The notes under the pieces: model-generated
Told to the model about the DNA's origin: nothing
Databases searched by the model: none
What the model saw: the letters and a program-made list of their open reading frames with translations, nothing else
Assembly: GCF_009914755.1 (NCBI RefSeq)
Contig: NC_060928.1
Origin: the human T2T-CHM13v2.0 reference genome, Homo sapiens
Length of the DNA stretch: 64,000 nucleotides
Reading direction: 5' to 3' (one strand)
Shown: positions 53,200 through 64,000 of the stretch, in pieces
Layout of the letters: each line of letters starts with the position of its first letter
Position numbering within the stretch: position 1 is the stretch's first letter
Program-made: the position numbers and the translations under genes

Positions 53200-53790
53200 G
53201 CTATTGAGTATGAGTTTCCATGTATCCTTTTGCTATTTTTGCATGTGTGCATCCTTAAACATGTATTTTTCCCCTTGAAAACACACACATAAAAATAGAT
53301 GCTTTTCCCACAAAAGTGGGATCACGTGCTATATGTAAATAATTAAGTTAATTGTATTTGTCATTTTACATGAAATTATGGGCACCATGTCATATCAGAA
53401 GCATTTTCCCCTAATTTAACGTAACATAGCAATTAATAGAGATATGCATATGCGTACATACATGCGTGCACACACGTGTATGTGCATATTAGAGGGTATC
53501 TCTGAAAGAGAAATTCTTACAAGTAAAATTACTGGGTGAAAGAGTACCCACATTTAAAATTTTGTAGAGCAGACAGGGCAAATCACCTTCCAAAATGGTT
53601 GCACCCTGAAAATTGTGAAGGTGCTCACAGACCCAAATCATTACTAATAATAGTTATTATTAATAAATACAGAACACCTATTCAATTGTGGAAAAGTTAA
53701 TATGAATTTCTTGGTTATTAGCGAGGTAGATCATTTTCTCATTTATCAACCATTTCTTCCTCTGCTATGATCTGGCTTGATTTTAAAAGG
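53200..53790 (-). mobile_element. Old L1ME-like fragment
   Basis: aagtaaaattactgggtgaaagagtacccacatttaaaattttg...caaatcaccttccaaaatggttgcacc. Confidence 0.55.
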
Positions 53791-53819
53791 ACATTTCATC
53801 TTTGGGGTTTAACCTTGTA

Positions 53820-54045
53820 AGAGCTAACATTTGCTGAGTTCTTACAATAAACCACACAGTGTACTAAGCTTTATATTAACTTATAAATCCTCACAATTGC
53901 CCGCCGAGCAATTCCCCTCCCAGTTTATTGATGAGAAAATGGAGGCCCAGAGAAGTTAAGTAACTTGCCCAAGATCACACAGCGTTTAGTGACACAGGCA
54001 GGCCATCCACTCCACAGCTCATGCCCTCAACCACTCCACAGTGCA
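53820..54045 (-). mobile_element. MIR
   Basis: gatgagaaaatggaggcccagagaagttaagtaacttgcccaagatcacacagc. Confidence 0.85.
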
Positions 54046-56500
54046 GATTTTCCAATAATGACACTGCCAGTCTTTCCAGTTTAGAAGGCATGAGTCATTT
54101 GGAAAAGCATCAAGTAAAGGTATAGAGCTTCATGTATGAATACTATAGAGTGAGATAAAAGGATGCTAAATTAGTTTTTCTTTTTGTTCACTTGTTTGCT
54201 TTTTTGCTTTATTAAGTTCTGAAACATCATCAAAGGATAGCATGTTTTAGAGATCACCAGTTAGTATTCTCTCCCTTATTCTCCTTTCCAAAAGGAAAAG
54301 ATGGGATGCTAAAAATTATAAACATGTCTGAACATTTATGCAACTTCTGCCTCTCTTAATTGCATTCTGGATACCTCAAAGTCCTTTAACGTCCGTCATT
54401 ATTTCCAATTCTATTATTTTCACATATAAAATGTTTACCTAAGATTATCATATAAATCTTCATATAGGCATGTTCTAAAAACCATGGTTACATGTACGTA
54501 ATTCCATTTAATAGCATAGCTATTTATTCCGATTAGAATCTATAATAAGGCAATCACACAATGTACCTTACATAAATTACAATGCAAAATAGTTAGACAA
54601 AAAACACTTTCAACAAGTCTACTGTTGCCTGTATAGTGACGATAACAATTTTGTGAGATTTCTTCCTTTGAATGTGACTGATGTATTATAGATATAATAT
54701 ATACTCGTAGTTATCCTTGTTTTTGACTATAAGTACCTAGAAAACCTACATACATTACAGACAATTTTGGATTGTTAAAATGTTTAATAAACATTGATTA
54801 AAGTCTACTGACATTAATAAAATTGCTGCTATTTATAGGCTCCTTAAACATGTTATTTGGCCTATGAAAAATACCAGATCCTGGATCACTGGGCTCTCAA
54901 CTTACTGATCTTTGTTATGTTAGCATCTAACCTAGCATTAATACATATTTGCTTAATTAATGACTCTTGAAGTAATGATTAAATGAATTAACCCAGTTAG
55001 AGAATCATGCTATCCATTTCATTTACTGTAAATCTGAACTTTACATGAGCTTAAAAAAAATCATACAAATACCAAAGTTTAGCTATACATGGCAATAGAT
55101 TTTATTTCCTAAGGGGTTCGTATTTAAAGGAGAATATTTAAAAAGTCAGGGGGACTAGCATTCTGGTAGTTTTCAATAAATCATAATAGCTTTAGACAAA
55201 TTTGAGGGGTGTAGAGTTTCATGTTGAGTTTTAGATTATGTAGTTAACTGTGTCTGACAACATTCTCTCTCCTAGTATTCATTCGTCCCATTATTTAAAA
55301 ATATCTTTACACAAATGAAACCATTTTATCATTTCTTCTATATGTATGATAAATGTCTGAAAAGGAAAAAATATCAGTTATAATAGAATTCAATGTCTTG
55401 AAGAGAAGCTACTGAATTTTCTAACTTTAACATATTTTTATACTCACATTATTTTTTAATAGAACACAAAATTAAGCCATAGTTATTAGATATTTTTGAA
55501 AATTTTTACTGTGCTTTGTGAAATTTCATATAATGCCCAAATTAAATCAGTCTCATGAATAAATTGTTAATTAACTAATTAGAGATTTTGTGAATAAATT
55601 GATGTCAGAGTTCTACTATGATATGAAGGATATCAATTATAAATTTGAAGCATTAATTACCATTTATGAAATCTCCAGAACATTAGGGCTCACAAGGAAA
55701 AAAAAAGATAACTCTAGAACATGAAAAAAATGAGATATGTATCAGAAAGATAAATATTTGTTATTGTTGTTATTTATAGTGATGTTGATTCACACTGTAT
55801 TATTACCCTGTATAATAAATTGTTCTTCTGTTTCTAGTGTACAATTTGCAATTCCCATCAGAAATGGTCAAAATTAATTTCATCCAGAATACAACATTTG
55901 TAAAATTTCATCAGTAATAGATCTTTGACCATGAGGCTGAGCAGCAAGTAGAGTCAAAGACTGGGATTTAAAAAATAAAATGGTGCCACATTAACCCAAG
56001 GAATAGCACTGACTTGGAGATTAAAAGCAGTGCTCGAGGTGGTGGGGGAAAGCCAGGAACTTCAGGTTGGAGCTGATGGGAAACAGGAACCAAGAGCGGC
56101 ACCCAGTTAATGCACAAGTAGGAGGCAATCTTGCTAAGGTAGGACTGGGACTAACTCTGGAAAAAGGAGTAATTTCCCCTGGGAAATTAACTTAAAGCTG
56201 AAGAACAAACCTAGTGAGATGAGATTGCCAGACCTGAAATCCAAGCGTTTGAGCAGTGGTAACAGAGGTTCATTAAGCAGTTAAGCGAAGAATCACCACA
56301 ATCAGATTTTTATTTGTAAAAAAACATATCTCCTGCTGCCTTGCATTTAAGCAATTGGTATCTCTTCATTTAGTGATGAAGGCAGAAGTTGTAATGGTGA
56401 CAGATTCATCCGCGTCACCTGCATGGTCATCCAACACACTGTCTTCCACTTGTTGAACAATAACAATAACAATAAATATTCATTGGGTGCTTATTGTGTG

Positions 56501-56858
56501 TGCAACTACCTGGATATCTGTGCCCCCTCCCCAATTAATAGGTTAAAATCCTAACTCCCAAAGTGCTGATATTAGGAGGTGGGGCCTGTGGGAGGTAATG
56601 AGGTCATGAGGGTGGAGCCCTCATTTGGGGTCGTTACCAAAGGGACTCCAGAGAGCTCTCTCCTCTCTTTTCTCCGTGTAGAGATATAAGAAAAAGTCAG
56701 TAGCCTGCAATCCAGGAAAGAGCCCTTGCCAGAACCAGACTACGCTGGCACGCTGATACGCTGATATCAGACTTCCAGCCTTCAGGACTGTGAGAAATGT
56801 CTGTTGTTCAAGCCACCCAAGCTATGGTATTCTGTTAAGCAGCCCAAAAGACTAAGAA
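56501..56858 (+). mobile_element. MaLR solo LTR (MLT1A-like) inserted into a MIR (~56460-57000)
   Basis: aaaatcctaactcccaaagtg...ggtcatgagggtggagccctcat...agacttccagccttcaggactgtgagaaat...actaaga; MIR sequence resumes on both sides. Confidence 0.85.
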
Positions 56859-57559
56859 AATGTGCCAAGACTAAGTGCTGTTCTAAGTGCTCTAGAGATT
56901 GCAACACAGCAACCCTATGAAGTAGATACTAGTGCTATTTCTGTTTTATAGACAAGGAAATGAAAGTAATGGAGATTAAGGTCATTTCCCAAGAACACAC
57001 ACAAAAGAAAGGAAAAGGACTAGCTTTTTCTTGTCTGTGCTGCCCTACTAGCTTGCCCCTTGGACACAATTTGGGGAGCAGAGAAGGGTAAGACAAGGGG
57101 CTCGGAATACCCCAAAGGATCATGCAGAAAGACTGGGAAGAATACAGACATAAAGAATTCCCACTTATGTGCCCTTTAATCATTGATTAAAGTCAGACAG
57201 TTTGAGTACTGGTGAGGGCAGGAGAGTAGTCACTGGTCAGTGTGAAGCTGATCAGGGCTCATTAGTAGGAGTGTTACTGGGTGTCTTGGCTGGATGATTC
57301 TATATTACGAGTGTGCAGATGTCCTGTATAAGGCAAGACTGTCAGCACCAGGCCCTGTTCTAGGTGCGGCAGAACTACCTTGTCAGCGTGCCAACCAGTG
57401 TGCCAAGTCCATCCATTTCTAGTTACCCCAGGGGCTCCCCAAAGACCCCTGAAGGGAACCATGTGTCTAAATGAACAAAGTCTATGGGGATACAATGAAA
57501 AATGTGGGTCTCCTTAGCACCATGTTCTAAGATATAAAGTAAATCAAGCCAACCACTGG

Positions 57560-58230
57560 TGTAAGGGTCTGTCAGGCAGAGCACATGACCGATAATGGGA
57601 CATTGTCTCTTCAGCACCTTACACAATGCCTGGCTCACAGGAAGAGCTTAATAAATGTTTTCTGAGTGAATAAGTGATTAAATAATTAAATGGGGGAATG
57701 AAACTATAAGCACCACTTCATGATTTTCTGGTTTGACCTGTTATTTGAGCTAGTACCTCAGGGTGAAGAGGCCCAACCACTTTTTCTATTATGTAGGTAC
57801 AGATCTCTAACTAAATCTTGCTGATTATATCTCCAAAACAGGACTTGAATCAAGACTTCTATCTCCACTACAATGTCACCAGCCTAAGTCTCTGCTATCT
57901 CTCACATGTACCACTGCAATAACTCCTAATGGGCCCCATTTCCTATCTTGCCCCCCAGCCCCCATATCAACTCTCCACACAATAGCTTTAAATGTACATC
58001 CAATTTTGTCACATGTCTGCATGAAGCTCTTCAATGGCTGTACACTGATTTTTCAGGCCAACTCCTGACATGACCTTCATGTCTCCGCTTAATTTGTATC
58101 CCACCTATCTTCCAATTGAGGCCCTCTCTTTCTTGCTCTAGTTGTGATGGCCTTCCTCCAGTTCCTCAAGCATAGTAAGCTCCTTCCTGCCCTAGGGCCT
58201 TTTCACATGCTTGTCTCTCTTCCGGGAATT
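57560..58230 (+). mobile_element. L2 fragments
   Basis: caatgcctggctcacaggaagagcttaataaatgttt (L2 3' end); accactgcaataactcctaatgg...ctcttcaatggct...gggccttttcacatgct. Confidence 0.65.
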
Positions 58231-59062
58231 CCCAAGAACACTCATGGAGAAGGAGAATGTCAAATTTGAAAGTAAGTGGTCTTTCTGCAGTGTCTGTGAG
58301 GTGACAGTCATTTATAGCATCCTTTCTATGTCTTTATGGAAATCTTAATAATGAATTCAGGGCTGTGCAAGCTGTGTTTTGCAGATTAGCTCTTATGTCT
58401 TACCATAGTACTTATCTTTTTTGATTTGAGGCTGGTTTACTGAGTCAGATTACCTCTTCAGAAGCCTATAATTTGTAACTGCATAGTTTTGCACCAGTCC
58501 TACCCTTAGCTCCCCAAAATTCCCCTGGGCACATATACGTATATTATGAGCATGGATGAGTTGATATAATAATGCACTCAACTCTTTGGAAAACACAACA
58601 GCTGATACCAGAGTACCTGTGCATATATAAAACACATTTTAAAAATAGAAAAACACTAATAGTCTACTCAGATAGATTAGTGAGTGCCCTGATGGGGCAT
58701 TAGGCTTCCCTGCCAAGCATAACCTTTGGTCCCTGAGATGTACAGTTCTTGGAGTTGAACCTGGGCCCAGACCCAAAGATGCAAGACACTCTTTTGGAGG
58801 TGAGGAATCTGGCTGAAAAGAGTTGGTTACATACTAGACCCAGAGTTGGGCAACAATAATCTCCCATTAAAGTAGTGAGACAAAAGGAGAAATAACACAC
58901 TCACGTAACTCACAATGTAGTTAAACCACATATACAAAAGTTCAGTTTTCATAATCACCATTTAACTTTCTGCTTCATCTATCCAAGCTAACTGAATAAC
59001 CAAGTCACATTTTTAAGAGTTAATTTTCATATATGTATAGTAACTGTTTTTAATTCTTGAAG

Positions 59063-59155
59063 TCATTAATTTTTATTGGCCCCAATATTTTTAGTAATTT
59101 GCTATCAATAATTTTTATTATGGCCTCGATATTTTTAGTAATTTGCTATCATTAA
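59063..59155. repeat. Imperfect tandem duplication, unit about 41-44 bp
   Basis: ATATTTTTAGTAATTTGCTATCA occurs twice, each preceded by TAATTTTTAT..TGGCC. Confidence 0.85.
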
Positions 59156-59165
59156 ATTATATATG

Positions 59166-59385
59166 CAGTTGGCCCTCTGTATATGAGGATTTGACAATGG
59201 CAGATTCAACCAACTGAGGATCAAAAATATAGTATTCAAAAATAAATAAGTATACAGGAGGATGTGCATAGGTTATAGGCAAATACAGTATTATGCCATT
59301 TTATATCAGGGACTTCAGTATCTGCAGATTTTGTTATCTGAGAGGGTCCTCGATTCAATCTTCTGTGGATAGTGAGGAACAACTG
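59166..59385. mobile_element. MER2-like TcMar-Tigger MITE, internally deleted
   Basis: cagttggccctctgtat...gattcaaccaac...gtggatagtgaggaacaactg followed by TA. Confidence 0.75.
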
Positions 59386-59467
59386 TAATACATACATATA
59401 CACACACATACACTACTATGTCATGTGTGTATATATATATGTAATTTCACTTATAAAATACTGATTT

Positions 59468-59738
<271 letters not shown>

Positions 59739-61940
59739 ACTAAAATCGAATATTAATTTAAAGAGGTAAATGGAAGATTACTAACATGTCATGCATTTCA
59801 AACGTTATCTGACCTATATACTCTACTGTGCATTAAAAAAAAACAAATGAAAGAAATCGCTGTATATGGTTTTGCAAGCACCACAGACATTCTAAAGATA
59901 ACAAGAATATTTACAAAATATATTTTAAAAGAATAGAGAAGTCCATCTAATTAGAAACAATTTGAATACACAGAGGAATTATGTATTAACTATTGGAAAT
60001 CGGTAAGCCTATCAGATAAATTAAAATCTCAATACCTATGCTATCTCTTGTCATTCACTAGACTAAGTTTCAAACACTATAATATGGACATGATTATTTT
60101 TATTTATCTATATGTTAAAATCATTGCCATTTAAAAATCCCTTGTATTATCACATTTTTTGCTCATATTTTGTTATTTATTATGCTTGGGTAATCCTTAG
60201 AGAAAAATTATAATCACTTTTAAAAATATCTGCCATTGGCTCACTGAAGAATGTTACTAACTGAGCATCATTACCTGATAAGCTACATATTATTAACGTC
60301 ACATGTACTGAAACAGCCTAGGAATCCTACCAGGGTTAGGCTGAACCTTCCTGTGCATGTAAGATTTCACTGTTAATGCCAAGGCAACTGCCTTTGACTG
60401 AAAACATCATCACAGTTAAATTGTGTTTCACACGTTAATTGGGATGAAATCGTTTCTGTGTATCAGTAATTCATCTAAAAGTTAGCTTTGGTCATCAGAA
60501 AAATGAGCATTTATTTAGCCACAAAATGTGTAGATCATGTTATGAAAGCAGGAAAGCTACTGTAGATAATGGGTGAATTTATACCCCAAAGTTCAGATTC
60601 TAACATATTTCTAATCATCAATACTTCAGAAATAATCCTGAAATAGAGGTGACAGATGAGTGAAGCCACTGATTTGTTGATACGCCCCTATACGACAACA
60701 GGTTTTCCAGGTTCTGGAACATTGGGGGTTTCAAAGATGTCAGACAAGAAGAGATTCTATCATTTATCAGTCTTCAATACTCAGAAGACCAACAGATCCT
60801 CTGCTGGAGAGGAGATACTGTTACTGTTGATCCCTGTGAGTGTGTAGATGCTTACAAAGGAAGGGCTCAGGCTACAGTCGGCTGAAAGCTATTTAAATGG
60901 TCCTTCTTGTTTTGCGGATACCAGGACATCCCCTACCAAGTTCTCCAGTGAGCGACTCATTTGTTCTCACAGCATTTTTTTTTTTTTCCTGAAAATACAA
61001 ATAGCTTCATGGAGAGTTAAACTTTGTCATTAAGCAGTGTCGTTTATCTACTAATTCTACAAATATTACTCAACTTTATTCATAATATGTGTGAGCTTTG
61101 CCCATGCTAATGGACAAGAATATAAAGAATCAAGTTGTAAGCTCTATCAAGCATCTAGTCTCGTGGAGAAAATAGAAACATAAATAAAAAATTATGTTCC
61201 TGTGGAACATGCTTTAAAGCATAGGTCTATTTTTAAAGCCATAATCCTTAAGACCTAGCAAATCCTAGACTCAGGAATTGTCCCATTTACAGAGGAAATA
61301 TGTATACTTGTAAGTAAAAAAGTTTCACCCAATACTTACCTTTTTAGCATGATGAAAGGAAGAAGAATTAGCACAACTGGGACACATGTGGACTCTATCT
61401 GTGTAGACTCACTGATGAATACACAGTAACATCCACACTGGAACATTACACCAATCAGTGCCCCATGCCAGCCAGGAAGGCTGGGAGTCTTGCTGCATCT
61501 TGTCACTTATTGCAGTTTATGAAGAATTCTTGCTATTTCCCCTATTTCCTATGCTTCCTAGAGGGCTCCACACCACTGCTATATAGATTCAGGAAGTTAC
61601 TCCATACAAAGGATAAGCAAAAAATGAAGAGGAAAAAATAGTCTCATAAAGGCTAAGGGAAAAGAGAGGAGAGAATAATGAATTCCTTCTGTGGGTCAGA
61701 GAAACTTTCATAGAGGAGGTGCTATCCAAGGAGGACCCTACATAAATGAGGAAGAGTTGGCCAGGAAGAAATGTGAGACATGAACACCTAGGAAGAAACA
61801 GGAGTTCAACTGCAAAGAGGAGAGAAAAAAGGAACAAAAGAGTTGGAAACAGGAATCTCAATTTCCCCTTATTTGATCTCTAACTTTCCTCTCATTCCTC
61901 ACAATATTCAGGATATATTTTATTACTACAGGGACTTACA

Positions 61941-62233
61941 AGATAGGTGTGGTGGCTCAGGCTTGTAACCTCAGCATTTTGGGAGGCCAAGGCAGGAGGA
62001 TCACTTGAGCCCAGGAATTCAGTCTGGGCAACATAGTGAGACCCCGTATCTATAAAAAATTTAAAAATTAGCTGGACATGCCTGGGCATGCCTGTAATCT
62101 CAGCTACTCAAGAGGCTTAGGGAGAAGGATTGCTAGAGCCCAGAGGGTAGAGGTTGTAGTGAGCTACGATCACACCACTGCACTTCAGCCTGGGAGACAG
62201 GGCTAGACCCTGTCTCTTAAAAACAAATAAAAA
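61941..62233 (+). mobile_element. Alu (AluJ-like)
   Basis: ggtgtggtggctcaggcttgtaacctcagcattttgggaggccaaggcaggaggatcacttgagcccagg. Confidence 0.92.
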
Positions 62234-63718
62234 GGCTTACAAAAGCTACCTTTTCCCAAATGTGCTCAACATTCTTTTTGGTATACTCTAGTGACTGTGT
62301 TTTACAATGAAAACTAGTAGCTCATTTCTAGTTACATAAAATTTTCCCATTTATCTGAATAAAGGCTTAAGTCAATCTAGACATTTTTAAAAAGATAATG
62401 CCAGATTAATCTCTACACAGGCTTAACAGAAACGATGCTTTCTGAAGGGATGTCTGAGATAGTAATACCATTTTTTAAAAAAAGATCAAGAGTTATTGCC
62501 GGTTTTATTCCCAACCTTTTGATTTTGTCAGTAGCTAAGAAGTGACTTAGTAATTGTTTCTAGGTTTAACATTCATGCTCACAAGTTCTTCATGCTTCAG
62601 CTTAAGTGTTCTGTTGCCATGTACTACACATATCATCAGACAACAGATTTCTTATTTTTTACTGGCAATATAGTTGGGTCTCTGGAATATTACCAAATGG
62701 TTTATTGTATGTGTGCCTGCATACACGTGTAAACACAAGCATACACGCCCACTTAGTAAGCATTAAAGAAAAGCCTGATTTGCTCTAGTAATTTTAGCTG
62801 ACTTTTTACTGGATATAAAATGTTCAATGAATTAAAAGAAAAAGCATCACTGTAAAGCTGCATAATTCAATTTAATCTGAAAAGAGTCTAGTCTGAATAG
62901 CCATATTTCTAAATTATGGAATATTTTTCTAAGGAAATGAAAACACATTTCTTTTAAGTAAAAGGTGATAAAGTCTTATTTGACTCCTTTACAAATTATA
63001 AATTCTGCCAGAGCTCCATTAAGAAACAGCCAAGCAGAGGCATGCCACATGCAAATTACTGTGTTAAGTAATTATCTAAAATCTTATTTATACTCATTTT
63101 CTAAGCACAATGCCTATTTAGAATACAGAGATTGAGGTAAGTCTAGATCATTCAAATTATTGTCAATTTAAAAATTATTCACTTATTCATGTATTTGTGT
63201 GTTACTTATACTACACTATCTTCTTAAAGGGATTTGAGACAGCTTATCATCTGTCAAATCATCTAAATTATAAAATTTCCCCATGTGATTTCTAAGTGCA
63301 TGCTTTTTTCTTTTTCAGGCTAACATACGAAAGAAGGAGCAACAGATTTATACTTAACTGCAGCCTACAAAGATCTATACAGCCTTACATTGCTTCCATT
63401 TTTAATAATTCTAACAGTTCAGTAAGACAAATGTGCTTGATTTTAATAATCAATTGTTCATTGAATCAAAAAACATTTGTTGCTTTTTATGTGCAAGTGT
63501 TAGGCAACTAATTTACTGAAACTTGGTTTAATAGTTTGGTTCAATAAATTGTTTTTTAAAGAAGATTATTAGGTTTATAGGCATATATGGCTTTATTTAA
63601 TTTAATGAATGCCTGCAAAATTACAAACTCTTTATTCACACTTAGTAGTAGCTTTGTCACTATTCAACAATACAACAAGATAATCTTTAGCTGTGGACTT
63701 AAAAATAAAATGCATTCT

Positions 63719-64000
<282 letters not shown>

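Overview
This is AT-rich eukaryotic intronic DNA, and the AluY/AluS elements mark it as primate, most likely human. It holds an internal part of CAMK2D (CaMKII delta) on the minus strand. Fourteen coding exons can be read with GT-AG borders and a continuous reading frame: exon 5, two tandem copies of exon 6 (49399-49471 and 48386-48458), exons 7-13, the alternative linker cassettes 14 (NLS), 15 and 16, and exon 17. Exons 1-4 and the remaining hub-domain exons lie outside the window. The rest is intron with Alu, MIR, L1/L2, MaLR LTR and DNA-transposon relics. Most ORFs in the supplied track are spurious; only two overlap real exons in frame. I found no wholly new gene system. The best leads concern splicing: (i) the duplicated, apparently mutually exclusive catalytic exon 6, with an RBFOX motif inside one acceptor and another downstream of the other copy; (ii) a candidate 23-nt poison or 9-nt in-frame microexon in intron 12 with SRRM4- and NOVA-type flanks; (iii) an 11-bp hairpin and a dense YCAY cluster before exon 15; (iv) inverted Alu pairs, one bracketing the autoregulatory exons; (v) candidate recursive splice sites. 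Repeat family names come from recalled consensus sequences and repeat edges are approximate. Exon numbers follow the common cardiac convention.
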